DNA of 64,000 bases. It comes from Candidatus Heimdallarchaeota archaeon (lineage in GTDB: Archaea; Asgardarchaeota; Heimdallarchaeia; Heimdallarchaeales; Heimdallarchaeaceae). The notes under the pieces are model-generated. The model made no database searches. It saw only the letters and a program-made list of their open reading frames with translations, and was not told the DNA's origin. Positions 40,320-51,800 of this stretch are shown here, piece after piece; within the stretch, counting starts at the first letter, position 1, and each line of letters opens with the position of its first letter. The DNA lies in contig JAHLWR010000006.1 in the NCBI GenBank assembly GCA_019057815.1, positions 96,001-160,000 of the forward strand, given 5' to 3'. Made by a program: the position numbers and the translations under genes.

Positions 40320-40637
40320 ATGACTTCATTCTTTATGAAAGTACTTAATCAACGTGCAGAGCGCTTGATTACAGCATGTGATGAAGAAATAATGAACATA
40401 CCCTTGATGTCTCATGGTGTTAAAATTTGTGCAACACCAAGATTTTATGGAAATGAGCTTGTTACAGAGTCTGAATTACTTGAGGAAATTAAAGAATGTA
40501 CTTCAGCTAATGTTATAGGTACACGTGTAATAGAATTGCTTCTCAAAAATAGAATGATACATAAAGATGCGATTCTATGGTTAGAATACTCAGATGACAA
40601 AAAAAAGAAAGTGGGACATGCCATTATAATAAAGTGA
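40320..40637 (+). CDS. DUF424 family protein
   Basis: ACDEE, FYG, ANVIG..V. Confidence 0.85.
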   Translation: MTSFFMKVLNQRAERLITACDEEIMNIPLMSHGVKICATPRFYGNELVTESELLEEIKECTSANVIGTRVIELLLKNRMIHKDAILWLEYSDDKKKKVGHAIIIK

Positions 40638-41782
40638 ATGTACATTTCCTCAGAAAAAAAGGTGTAAAACTAATTTCAAGACAATTTTGTGCAATTTGCG
40701 GAACCTCCGAGGATCCTTTTGTTGACAATTTGTGTGAGACATGCTATAAAAAGGAGAAACCATTGGATGTTGAAACCGTCAAACAAGTTGAAGTGGAGTT
40801 ATGCTCATCCTGTGGAACAATGAGAATCCAAGGAAAACGATTTGATCCTGAAGACTTTGCGAATATAGAGGAAGCTATAAGAGAAATAGTTAGAGGTGTA
40901 ATTTTAGAAAAATTAAGGATTGATGGTCCTTACAAACATGATTATTCAGATGATATTGATGAAGAAAAAATTAATTATAAACGATTAAAGCGATTCAATG
41001 TGTCGACAACCATTACTGCGAAACCGCTTGGAGAATTTGGTGAATTCACGGCTATTTTGGATACAAATGTAAACATTAGTCGAATGACTTGTGATACTTG
41101 TTCAAAATATAAAGCTGGTTATTTTGAAGCAATTCTCCAGGTGAGGGGAGAAAATCGCCAAATTACTGAAAAGGAAGAAGCCAGACTAGAAGAACTAATT
41201 AACATAATAATGAAAAAATATGAAGGCTCAAGAATGGCTTACATACTGGAGTATGATATTGATAAAAAAGGTATAACAGCTAAAATTAGTACCAAAATGT
41301 TAGCAGAAGAATTGGCTAGAGCTATCAAACAGAAAACAGCAGGAAAATCTACAACTGCTTATGAATTGAAAACAAAAGCGAGAGATGGAACTGATGTTTA
41401 TCAAAACACTTACTTAGTCAGATTACCTAAATATGCAATGGAAGATGTTATTGAATTCGAAAACGAAATTTGGGTGATTAGAGGTATAATAGAAAACCAA
41501 ATCAAATTAGAATCATTAGAGAATCATATAATCAAGAAATTTGATAGAAGAAGAGTGGAAACAAATGGGAGAAGAAGATTTTACCAAATTGTAGAAAGAA
41601 AGTTTATGGTGATATCCTTCAAAGGAAATCTGGCTACAATAATGGCTATGGATAATTATGAGAACTTTGAAGAGAAAATAGAAAAATTACCGAAAAGTGT
41701 TAAAGAAGGGCAAAGTGTCAAAGGTTTTCTTTATGAAGATAGAAATTATTACTTAACACTTATAGAATCTGAAGATGTCTGA
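40634..41782 (+). CDS. NMD3 family ribosome export/biogenesis protein
   Basis: FCAICG, LCETCY, CSSCG, CDTC, YFEAILQVR, TYLVRLP; C-terminal OB-like part. Confidence 0.92.
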   Translation: MNVHFLRKKGVKLISRQFCAICGTSEDPFVDNLCETCYKKEKPLDVETVKQVEVELCSSCGTMRIQGKRFDPEDFANIEEAIREIVRGVILEKLRIDGPYKHDYSDDIDEEKINYKRLKRFNVSTTITAKPLGEFGEFTAILDTNVNISRMTCDTCSKYKAGYFEAILQVRGENRQITEKEEARLEELINIIMKKYEGSRMAYILEYDIDKKGITAKISTKMLAEELARAIKQKTAGKSTTAYELKTKARDGTDVYQNTYLVRLPKYAMEDVIEFENEIWVIRGIIENQIKLESLENHIIKKFDRRRVETNGRRRFYQIVERKFMVISFKGNLATIMAMDNYENFEEKIEKLPKSVKEGQSVKGFLYEDRNYYLTLIESEDV

Positions 41783-41887
41783 TTTAAAACATAGAACATC
41801 CTCTTCTTTTTGATTCTATGTGAGTTGATTTATAGGAATTATTTCTTCTAGGAATAATTAAAATATCTAATATTGTTAATATAATTA

Positions 41888-42832
41888 ATGAATGAAAACA
41901 AAACCATTGAAGAGAAGATAGTAACTACAATAAAAGGGCATAAATCTCAAGTAAACGACATCTTTACAGATAAAAATTTTGTATACTCTGGTTCAAAAGA
42001 CGGTTTCATTAAGGTATGGGACAAAAAGAAATGGGACGAGAAACATTCTATCTCTGTTGGAAGATGGTGGATAAATTCTATTGTTGTTGATTCACAACAT
42101 GTTTTCATTGGCTCAAGTGATGCTGTAGTTAGTGTTTTTGATAAAAAAAATTGGAAAGATGTAGCAAATTTTAAACATTCAAGATTTTCAACTATCAATT
42201 CAATTTCTATTGATAAAACCTATGTATTTGTTGCTTTAAACGATAGAACAATAAGAATTTGGAACCGTGAAAATTGTGAAGAAGAGCACAAATTGAAGCA
42301 TAAAGCTATTGTTCAATCAGTGTTCTCCAATACTAAGAATCTTTACGTTGCTTTAAGTAATGGAATGGTAAATATTTGGAATAAAAAATCTTGGTCACTT
42401 GAATATACAATACAGCACTCAACCTTTCGAACATTACATTCCATTGCAATTGATAAGAGTTTTATTTTTACAGCAACAAGTAAGGAAATAAAAGTATGGG
42501 ATAAGAAAACAAAAAATTTAGTTGTTAAATTAGATGGAATGAAAGGAATAAAATCAATAATTATTGATGCAGATTATGTTTTTGTGGGATCTAGCGATAA
42601 ATTCATCAGAATCTGGGATAAAAATAGTTGGAATGAAATTCAGCGACTAAAACCCACTAGTAAAATAACCTCTTTGTGTGTTGATGATTTGTATGTGTAT
42701 TCTGGAGATTCTAAAGGGTTCATTACAGTTTGGAAGCATCCTTTATATGATCGAAAAATGAAGCAAAAAGAAACAAAGACGACTAAAAAATCTCCAACAA
42801 AGAAGAAAGTAAAGAAAAAAGAGGAAACTTAG
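41888..42832 (+). CDS. WD40 beta-propeller protein with basic tail
   Basis: GH, repeated SGS.DG.IKVWD / D..IRIW units (about 7). Confidence 0.9.
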   Translation: MNENKTIEEKIVTTIKGHKSQVNDIFTDKNFVYSGSKDGFIKVWDKKKWDEKHSISVGRWWINSIVVDSQHVFIGSSDAVVSVFDKKNWKDVANFKHSRFSTINSISIDKTYVFVALNDRTIRIWNRENCEEEHKLKHKAIVQSVFSNTKNLYVALSNGMVNIWNKKSWSLEYTIQHSTFRTLHSIAIDKSFIFTATSKEIKVWDKKTKNLVVKLDGMKGIKSIIIDADYVFVGSSDKFIRIWDKNSWNEIQRLKPTSKITSLCVDDLYVYSGDSKGFITVWKHPLYDRKMKQKETKTTKKSPTKKKVKKKEET

Positions 42833-42939
42833 AAAATCATTAGATGTCTACTTTTCAACTTTTCACTGATGTAGAGCAAATTTTAAGAGATGTTCAAAAA
42901 TATAAGGAGATATACTATTAAGAATAGATAATTAAATCA

Positions 42940-44406
42940 GTGGTGCTTAGTATTTCAGCTAGTGCAATAATAATTTCTATCTGCTTTATTGTTGTTATAG
43001 TTATTATTTTCACTGAAAAAATAAATAGGGCAGTTGTTACTATTACTGCGGCTTTAATTACTTACTTTACTTTAATATTCATAGAACATCTTGAGTTTTC
43101 AACACTCGTTGATTTATTAATTGGAACAAAAGATGATGGTTTTGTAAATTTACATACACTAATTTTGATTGTGGGGATGATGTTCATTGTACAGATTTCT
43201 GATGAAGCAGGTCTTTTTCAATTCATCGGAGTTCTTGCAATAAAAATGTCAAAAGGAAAACCAATAGCTTTAATGGCAATATTGTGCACTTTATCTACGG
43301 TTTTTTCTGCTGTTATAAGTAATATTTTAGCTGTTATGATTCTAATACCTCTTACTATAACAATATCAAGAATGCTGAATATTGATCCGACACCTTTTAT
43401 CTTAACAGAAGCTATAATGGTTAATGTCGGTGGAACCTTCTTTTCTATTTCATCAATACCTAATATATTAATTGTGACTGATACTGGAATTAGTTTCAAT
43501 GAATTCTTTATCAACGTTGGGTTGTTTTCATTGCTTGTAGCTGGTTTAACACTGTTATTTTTTATTTTTCTCTATAAAAAAGAATTGAAACCCCCTACAA
43601 AAGGCATGGTTAGTACTTTAAAAGAATTCAATGTTTGGAACTTTGTGCAGAATCGTCGTTTATTATATGCGTCAATGTGTTCTATAGTTGTTCTTATGAT
43701 TTCATTCGTTGCTATTCCTTCCGATATTATTCCTCCTGATATTATCGCATTAACAATTGCTATGTTTCTAACACTTTTTAGCACTTTTAATGGTTTAAAC
43801 CCAAAAACAATAATACAAAAATTTGATTTTGAATTGCTCTTCTATCTATTAGGAATTTTTGTGGTTGCAGGAGGGCTAGAAGTTACTGGAGTAATTGACA
43901 TTATTGGAGGAGCTCTGTTCAGGATTGGTGCTATAAGCCCCTTCCTTAATGTAATAGTAATAATATGGGCTGCTGCGTTTCTAAGTTCCTTAATTGATAA
44001 TATTCCAATAACAAAAATTATGATCCCAGTCGTGGGGCTTATGTCAGACCCTAAAACTTCAACTCCAAATCAAAATTATTACGCACTAAGTTTTGGAGCT
44101 AATTGGGGAGATAATTTAACACCAATGGGTGACAATATTTTAGTTATGAATATAGCTGAACAACATAAACGACCTATAAAAATGAAGGCTTTTTGGAAAT
44201 TAGGTTTTACAACTACAATTGTCCAACTAATTTTAGTAACAATCTATTACACTGTAATCTATTATACAATCATTGGAATTACAATAATATTGACTATAAT
44301 TATCCTACTTGGAACAGTTTTTATATTTTCAAAGTATGGTAATGAACAGACAAAAAGAATAATTGAAAAAACCTTTGCAAAATTTAGAACTAAAGTAATA
44401 GGGTAG
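42940..44406 (+). CDS. ArsB/NhaD/SLC13 (IT superfamily) permease
   Basis: About 12 TMs; SA.ISN, N.GG...SIPN, SS.IDNIP, GAN.G.N.TP.G. Confidence 0.85.
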   Translation: MVLSISASAIIISICFIVVIVIIFTEKINRAVVTITAALITYFTLIFIEHLEFSTLVDLLIGTKDDGFVNLHTLILIVGMMFIVQISDEAGLFQFIGVLAIKMSKGKPIALMAILCTLSTVFSAVISNILAVMILIPLTITISRMLNIDPTPFILTEAIMVNVGGTFFSISSIPNILIVTDTGISFNEFFINVGLFSLLVAGLTLLFFIFLYKKELKPPTKGMVSTLKEFNVWNFVQNRRLLYASMCSIVVLMISFVAIPSDIIPPDIIALTIAMFLTLFSTFNGLNPKTIIQKFDFELLFYLLGIFVVAGGLEVTGVIDIIGGALFRIGAISPFLNVIVIIWAAAFLSSLIDNIPITKIMIPVVGLMSDPKTSTPNQNYYALSFGANWGDNLTPMGDNILVMNIAEQHKRPIKMKAFWKLGFTTTIVQLILVTIYYTVIYYTIIGITIILTIIILLGTVFIFSKYGNEQTKRIIEKTFAKFRTKVIG

Positions 44407-44414
44407 AAACAAAG

Positions 44415-46103
44415 ATGATGGTAATAAAGACTATTGAAAGAATTAAGAAAACCTTACCTGAAGTTGAACACGTAATTCTATTTTATAATGATGGTACAGT
44501 TTACCAAACAACGTTTGAACAATTCGAAGAATCGGTCAATATACCTAAACTTGGTGAGAATCTATCTGAATTACTCACACATTTACGTACGTTATATTCA
44601 CTTAGTAATTATAAGTTCAAGGGCTTTAATCAACTCCTATTTAATACAGATGATATAAGTGTTTTAATTATAAAACTAGGTGAAGATAGTAACCTTGCGC
44701 TATTTTACCGAACAACCATGGAGAAAGAAGAACTTCAACTAGAATCTATTCAACGTTATCTTGTTAGGATTCAAAAGTTGACAGATATTGGAAGAATAGA
44801 ATTAATAGAACGAGAAATAAAGGCTAATAAAAAGTTTCTTAAGGAGTTACACGGTGAATTAGATAAAAAATTAGAAAAACATAAATCTATACAGAGTCTG
44901 CTGGTAGTATCAACAAATGATCAGAACAACATTGAAAAAATTGAGCAAGATATAGAAGATATAACAATTGAAATTACAAAAAAAGAGAGTGAAGAATACC
45001 TAAAAGATGAACAAATAGAAAAATTAAATGAAAAGTTAAAATCAGAAAAGGAGCAAATTCAGTTAGTTATTCAAGAAATAAAGCTTAAAAAGGAGAATGT
45101 AAGAGATTTAAACAAAAGCTTAAAAGAAAGAAGACAAAAGCTAAGAAACTTAGAAAACATACTTGATGAGGAAAAAGAAGAAGATAAAATCAAGAAGAAT
45201 ATTGAGGAAATCGAAGTTCTAGAAAGCGATATTGAAAAAGCTAAAACGCAAAAGAAAGAGGAAGAAGCCCAATTAGAATCTCTACAGATAAAATTAGAGG
45301 AAGAGGAAAAAAGAATAGTTCAAGCAATTCAATCAAAAAAGGATTTAGAAAAGGAAAAGCAAGAACTATATAAGGAATTGGAAGAGAAAATAGAGAATGA
45401 GAGGAAACTCAAAATCAAGATTGAATTGAAAAAAGATGATGATAAGCTTGAAGAAGTAGAAGGTGAAAAAATAGAACGCTTAAAACTACATATGAAAGAA
45501 GTTAAGGATAGTGCCGCTGAAAAAAATGAACAAATAAAAGATTTGAAAACAAGAGTGGAAGACATAGAAAAGAAAATTGAAAAAATTAAAAAAGACGAAT
45601 GTAATCGATTAAGAGACAAAGAAGACTTAGAAAAATGTATTGAAAATGTAAATGAGAAATTGCTAGATTTAAAAACACAACTAGAAGAAGTAGAAGTAAA
45701 CGAGAAAAAAGCGAATAAATTAGAGAAGGAAATAGAGAAATGCAATGACGAAATAAAAAATTATCAAGAAACTGTTAGGCATAACGAAAAAACCGAACCA
45801 AAGGCGAAGGAGCAATTAAGTGAGTTGCAGGATCAAGTGGAGAAGGAAAGAGGGAGAATAAATCGAGCAGAGCAAGAAGTAGATCTTAAAGATAAACAAA
45901 TACAAGAATTATATCGACAAGTAGAAGCAGAAATAGAAATACAGAAAGTTCTTATCGATAGACAAGATAAAGAAAGTGAATATAGGAAATCTCGAAAAAT
46001 ATCAGAAGAAATAGATGATTTGAATAATGAGATTAAAACTGTGAGAGAGGCTATAAAAACTAATCTTGAAGAAATAGAAGAATTGGAAAAGAAATTAGAA
46101 TAG
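44415..46103 (+). CDS. Roadblock/profilin-like N-terminal domain fused to a long coiled coil
   Basis: VILFYNDGTVYQT...LLFNTDDISVLIIKLGEDSNLALF beta/alpha pattern, then about 430 aa of E/K-rich heptads. Confidence 0.6.
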   Translation: MMVIKTIERIKKTLPEVEHVILFYNDGTVYQTTFEQFEESVNIPKLGENLSELLTHLRTLYSLSNYKFKGFNQLLFNTDDISVLIIKLGEDSNLALFYRTTMEKEELQLESIQRYLVRIQKLTDIGRIELIEREIKANKKFLKELHGELDKKLEKHKSIQSLLVVSTNDQNNIEKIEQDIEDITIEITKKESEEYLKDEQIEKLNEKLKSEKEQIQLVIQEIKLKKENVRDLNKSLKERRQKLRNLENILDEEKEEDKIKKNIEEIEVLESDIEKAKTQKKEEEAQLESLQIKLEEEEKRIVQAIQSKKDLEKEKQELYKELEEKIENERKLKIKIELKKDDDKLEEVEGEKIERLKLHMKEVKDSAAEKNEQIKDLKTRVEDIEKKIEKIKKDECNRLRDKEDLEKCIENVNEKLLDLKTQLEEVEVNEKKANKLEKEIEKCNDEIKNYQETVRHNEKTEPKAKEQLSELQDQVEKERGRINRAEQEVDLKDKQIQELYRQVEAEIEIQKVLIDRQDKESEYRKSRKISEEIDDLNNEIKTVREAIKTNLEEIEELEKKLE

Positions 46104-46198
46104 GTTAACAAAAATTAAGATTTCTTTCAAAGTACTTTTTAAGATTATTATGAATAACAATGTTTTTTACTATTATCTAGTTCTATTCTTAGATTGCA

Positions 46199-47998
46199 AT
46201 GAGCGAAAAAGAGGATATTTCGTGGGATTTAACTGGTATGTTCTCCAGTACTGAAGACCCTGAAATCAATGAAACGATGGAAACTCTAGCAAAACGCGCA
46301 GATGATTTCATAATAAAATACAAAGGAAAAATTTCAACTCAAGGTTTTGCTGCAGAAGATATGTTGAAATTAATCAGTGAATATGAAGATTTCCTTGCTG
46401 ATTTGTTCGAAGTAAATCAATTTGCAAGTCTTTCCTTCTCAGCAAATATGACAATAAAAGAAAACCAAGTTTTGTATAACAAATCAAGGGATTTTTCAAC
46501 TACAATACAAAAAAAATTGACATTCATCGACCTTGAAATTGGACAGCTCTTATGCGATAAGGAAGATATGATTTCTGACCCTAAAATGGGTGATTATAAG
46601 CACTATCTTGAGAAATTAAGTAGAAAACACACATACAAATTGTCAGAGGTTGAAGAACAGCTAGTTCTCGAAAAAGATAGGTATGGAGTGCAGGGTTGGC
46701 ATGAAATACAAAGCAAATGGTTGAATACCAGAATGTTCGAAGTTGAAGTCGAAGGCGAACTCAAAAAACTACCTTATGGTGAGGCAAATGGTTTACTTAA
46801 TCATCCTAATAGAGCAACGAGAAGATCAGCGAATAAATCAATATATGGCTTGTTGGGAAAAGATGAAGAAATTTTTTCAACTGCTATTAGGAATATTTGT
46901 GGAGATTGGGTAACTATTGCTAAAAGAAGAAAATATCCTTCGCAAATGGAACAAAGTCTTTCAGCTAATGATGTAGATCAAGAAACCATCGATAATTTGA
47001 TGAAAGCTATCGAAGATCATGTAGTTCTATATCAAAGATATCTAAAATTAAAAGCAAAAATTATGAACCTACCAAAACTCAGTTGTGAGGACGTAATTGC
47101 TCCTTTACCTGATGCTCCACCAACAACTTACACATGGGAAAAAGCTCAGGAACTCGTCAAGAAAGCTTATGGGAATTTTGATGAATCGTTCTTAGAAGTC
47201 GCAAAAGAAATGTTTGAAAAGAGCCATATAGATGCAAGACCAAGATTCGGAAAAAGGAATGGAGCCTTTTGTTCAACATGGTATAAGGGTAAAACTTCTT
47301 TCATTTTACAGACTTTTACGGGGACGCTGGCAAACATCTACACATTAGCTCATGAATTAGGACATGCAGTACATGGGTATAAGGTAACGAGAAACCAAAC
47401 AATAGTAAACGCAAGGTATCCAATGGTAGCAGCAGAAACAGCTTCAATATTTGGAGAGTTATTGTTAACACGGCTTTTGCTAAGTGAAGCCGAAACTAAA
47501 GAAGAGAAGAAAACCATTCTTTCAAGAGTTCTGGACGGAGCGGGAATGGCACTCTTTCAAGTGAGTTCAAGATTGTGGTTTGAACAGAGTATGTACGATG
47601 CAATAGAAAAAGGACAATTTTTGGATGGTAAGACCATATCCAAACTATGGCTGGCAGGGCGAGATAAGGTATATGGAGACGCAGTAGAGTGGTTTGAGGA
47701 AATGGATTGGGAATGGACAATGAAAGGGCATTATTACATGCCTAACTTCAGATTCTACAATTATCCATATGTATTTGGGCAACTGTTTACCTATGCACTC
47801 TATCAAGTATATCAAAAAGAAGGAGAAGCATTCATTCCAAAATTCAATGCGATGTTGGAAGCAGGAGGAAGTAAGTCGCCAAAAAAAATGGCTGAAATGG
47901 TAGGATTAGATATAACAAAACCCGAGTTTTGGTCGCTAGGAATGAAACAATATGAATATTTTGTAAACGAACTAGAAAAGTTAGTAGAAGATAATTAA
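46199..47998 (+). CDS. Oligoendopeptidase F (M3B)
   Basis: WDL, ID..PR.GKR.GAFC, HELGH zincin motif, AETAS.FGE, H.Y...FY.YPY.FG. Confidence 0.95.
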   Translation: MSEKEDISWDLTGMFSSTEDPEINETMETLAKRADDFIIKYKGKISTQGFAAEDMLKLISEYEDFLADLFEVNQFASLSFSANMTIKENQVLYNKSRDFSTTIQKKLTFIDLEIGQLLCDKEDMISDPKMGDYKHYLEKLSRKHTYKLSEVEEQLVLEKDRYGVQGWHEIQSKWLNTRMFEVEVEGELKKLPYGEANGLLNHPNRATRRSANKSIYGLLGKDEEIFSTAIRNICGDWVTIAKRRKYPSQMEQSLSANDVDQETIDNLMKAIEDHVVLYQRYLKLKAKIMNLPKLSCEDVIAPLPDAPPTTYTWEKAQELVKKAYGNFDESFLEVAKEMFEKSHIDARPRFGKRNGAFCSTWYKGKTSFILQTFTGTLANIYTLAHELGHAVHGYKVTRNQTIVNARYPMVAAETASIFGELLLTRLLLSEAETKEEKKTILSRVLDGAGMALFQVSSRLWFEQSMYDAIEKGQFLDGKTISKLWLAGRDKVYGDAVEWFEEMDWEWTMKGHYYMPNFRFYNYPYVFGQLFTYALYQVYQKEGEAFIPKFNAMLEAGGSKSPKKMAEMVGLDITKPEFWSLGMKQYEYFVNELEKLVEDN

Positions 47999-48199
47999 TA
48001 TCAGTTGTCTCTTTACTATCATTTTGATAACAAAAGAACATGGATTATCTTAAAGGTACAATAAAGGCAAGAATATTGATAATGAGATTTTGTCGTTGTG
48101 TTCTTAGAATCAGCTTCCTAGGGGTGCTAGTAATGCTAGTATCATTTCAAGAACAAACTATTTAAGACAATTAGCTATTAATTTATTAGGTGTTATTGA

Positions 48200-48778
48200 G
48201 TGGATTTTGAACAAGAAAATAACAAAGAAAAAATAGTTGAGAACCTTATAGTTAGTATTAACAATGATCTTGACGATGGTCAACTAAAAGAAATTTTACA
48301 AGAAATTATAAATGAGGATGAAAAGGTTGTTTTACAATTTTCAAAGCAAATAGCAACTAAAATTGATCAAATAAGTAATCTTGACAAAATTGGTTTTTGT
48401 CTTTCCGTTCTTAGTTTAAAAAGTAAGTTGGTATCCTTTTCTGTAGTCAATAATATTGATATTGAAATACTAAAAAATAAAATAGATCAAAATAACATTT
48501 TTAGAATAAGAGACTTAATAATCGCAATAATTAAGATAAGTGAGGAAATAGCCTTACAATTAGTAGGGAATTTGGCTAGGAGAATCGATCAAACGAAAGA
48601 CATGGTGGCTATAGCTTACTGTATTTGCGATATTGAGAAAGTGAGTGAAAAGGTAGCATATGCACTAGTTGACCAAATAGACTTTGAACGTAACTTGAAG
48701 ATGATGAAAGGGAAGGGAGATATTGAACATTTATCTAATCATAAAGGTGGTCACTACTATGTAAGATTTACTGAATAA
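48200..48778 (+). CDS. Helical repeat (HEAT-like) hypothetical protein
   Basis: Three roughly 35-40 aa units starting (K/R)IDQ; AGGTG RBS. Confidence 0.6.
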   Translation: MDFEQENNKEKIVENLIVSINNDLDDGQLKEILQEIINEDEKVVLQFSKQIATKIDQISNLDKIGFCLSVLSLKSKLVSFSVVNNIDIEILKNKIDQNNIFRIRDLIIAIIKISEEIALQLVGNLARRIDQTKDMVAIAYCICDIEKVSEKVAYALVDQIDFERNLKMMKGKGDIEHLSNHKGGHYYVRFTE

Positions 48779-48871
48779 TTAAAGAAATAAATTTTTAATT
48801 AAATATAATTTTAAGGGAGTAATTTAGAAAAAGAGGGTGAGAAGAAAATAAAAAGATATATTCTTTTAGTA

Positions 48872-51800
48872 TTATTTTCTTGATATTCGATCCCATTGTT
48901 TCATAAATTCTTGAACATTAACCCAAGAAATGATCCATCTAGCATTAGATAATGCGTTCTTATTAGTACCAAATGTTGATTGAAAATCATCAAACATTTT
49001 AGACATTGCATTAAATTTATCGCTGATACTTGCTCTTGCTCCTATTTCTCGTAATGATTCCCAAGCATTTACTAGAGCCATCCCTGTCCATAGTTCAAAC
49101 TTATTCCATGGTGTAGTATTGTCATTTATTGCTTTAAGTTGTTTTTCTGAACGTACTAATTCATATAACACATGGTAGAACTTTGCAGTCTCCGAAACCA
49201 CAAATCCTATTTCTCGTCCATTTGCATCTTTTCTTATTAATCTGTTTGGAACCGTTGCAAAGGGGTTTAGTGCTAATTGTATCGCTTTCAATATATTATA
49301 TTCTGTAGTATCTTTTGCAGTATCCTTAATTTTTTCGTCAATATACTCAGCATAACTTAACTTCTTTTGTGTTGATGCTTGTCTGACAGTTTGTCTATAA
49401 TACTCTATAGCAATACTTTCCTTATTTGTTGCTAATTTAACAAAAAGTGGGGTATCATCTTTCCAAACTATCACGTCTTTGCCAAATTCCTGTTCCATTA
49501 TACTTCTACTCACTGGTCTCCATTGTCCCCCATTGGTGATAGCATCATATATTCTGGATATGAATGGGGCGATAAGAATGTTTGCTAGTTTTTTATATTC
49601 AAGTTCATTTAAGATTGAATCTGGACCTCTTCCGAATGTATATCCGTGCTGACCCATACGCATTATTTCTACTATTATATCAATCATTTCTTTTATTGTT
49701 TTAATTTGATCTGTATTTGATATATATTTACCTTCAGAATAATATCTTTTATTAGATAGATAGATTTGGAGGGCACCCTTTAATTCGATTTCATTATCGA
49801 GTATGTCCCTAACAGTTAACTCTTGGGGTGTTAACGTCCCTTTATATATATCATATGTTTGTTTTATTTTCTCATGTGCGTTCTCTTTATTGAAATAATA
49901 AGGCCCAAATTTGCATCTTCTTGGTATTTCATCTTTTAACAGAGCATATTTTAATAACCTCCTCGCACCAGGTATTGACCAACCTAATCTCGTGGGGCTT
50001 CCTTCTTCAGTTTGTGTTCTGAAAGGAGTATCAAATGGCATTTCACCATCATTTCCAAAACTTATACTTTTTGTTTCTATGTTTTCTATTGCATTGATAA
50101 TATACTGATCTAAGGTTCCACCCTTATTATACTCTTTTAAGTATTCTAGTTTTATTATATTAGTACCTTCGGTTTGTATATACTCTTCATTACTTGTATA
50201 AACTTTTGGAGCGTTACTCTTAGTCATTTGTGACATATGTGATATTAAGTCATCTAGACAGATTCGGTCTTCTTCTCCTATTTTTCTCTTTGATATTTCA
50301 AGAAATTGCATAATATTCCCTTGAGAGTTTCTAACCACTATACATTGCGTACTACCACCTGCATACAGTGTTGTTTCAGCTAATCTTATTAAAAGAACAG
50401 TAGATGATACTGCACTTACAAGATTATTTATTTTTCCCATTTCTTCTAATTTCTTTATTTGGTCTTGGAACCTTTTGTTTGTAGTTCGCATATGGGTATT
50501 TTCACTATCTATATTTTTTGTCGATATAGTGATTTTTTCTCCCAACATTTGGTCCATTTCCGAGTCAAAATCCAACGAACCTTGGACATTCATTAACATT
50601 TTATCAGTAGTACTATAGCGTCCTACACTGCTAGTATAGTCAGTAAAAGCATTTGCACCATAAAGAAGTTCTGCTCTAGTCCTTCTACTGCTTTGTGGTG
50701 TTTCAAACATCCCATTTTCATTCGTTTGACGTTGTAATAGTAATGATGTATGTGTATCTACATTTGGTGAATAGTCAAGGTCGGAATGAGCTTTATGTAC
50801 TGTTTCAAACAGATTTAGTTCCCATCCTCTTCTAGTGTTTACGTTATCATAGTAACCATTTGTAAGTCCGTTAATCAATCCTGTTATCATTTGTCTCTCA
50901 AATTGTTCATTTATTGCCATATATTGTTTCGCTACAGAAGATATAGCGGGTAAGTTATTTTCCATGTTTATATCTAGCACTGTTTTTAATTCATCGATTA
51001 TTTGTGCTCTTAGGTTTTGTGCACTATCAGCTAACCACACACTTCCATCTTGTTTGAAAGTATAGTACTTTCCACTTTCTTCAGCATAAAAAATTGCAGG
51101 CGTAACTTGGTATTTTGTTCCATCTTTTGATTTAAATTCTAGTACGTTTCTATGTGTAGGATTGTTTGAACGAACAAATGATTCAGCATGAAGATTTATG
51201 CTTGATGTCTTACCATCAAATTCTACTTCAGTTATCTCTGTAGTTGTACCTGGTAATCTTATTGAATAGACTTCAGTATGGGCTCTATATTTTATCATGT
51301 CAATGTTTGTGCCTAGATTGTCCGAAGAATGAGAAAGATGGAGTCTATAATCGCTGGGGGTTCCTCCGCTATCATACTCAATGATAAAACCATTTTCATC
51401 CCTAATAGGAGCTAATTCTCCTTGTGCAAAAGCGGTTAAATCAGATATAATGGCTTGTTTTTGTAAGTGTTGAATGATATTATACCCAGCATCCGCGTTT
51501 TTAGCATCTAATGCAACAATAAGATCTGCTACTGTCCATCTATTATTTTTTCCTGGGAAGACATCGTATTCTCTCTGTACTGTACCTATAATATTTTTTG
51601 TGTTTAGTGTTCCACCATTAGGTGTAGAATATTGTTTAACGAATAATTCATTTTTTTCTGTTACGCCATATATTATACCCGCATGTCTTAAGAAAGATTG
51701 TGCATCTAGAGATAATTCATTCACAAATATGGTGTTTTTAGTACCAGTCAAATCACTTATGCTGTATTCACCTGAATAACATTTAGCTTCAACGTTTATC

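Noticed and set aside
11276-41782. Selenocysteine or pyrrolysine readthrough at TGA/TAG stops; inteins in MutS/MutL
   Set aside because: Proteins end at their expected family lengths and no insertions or downstream in-frame domains were seen
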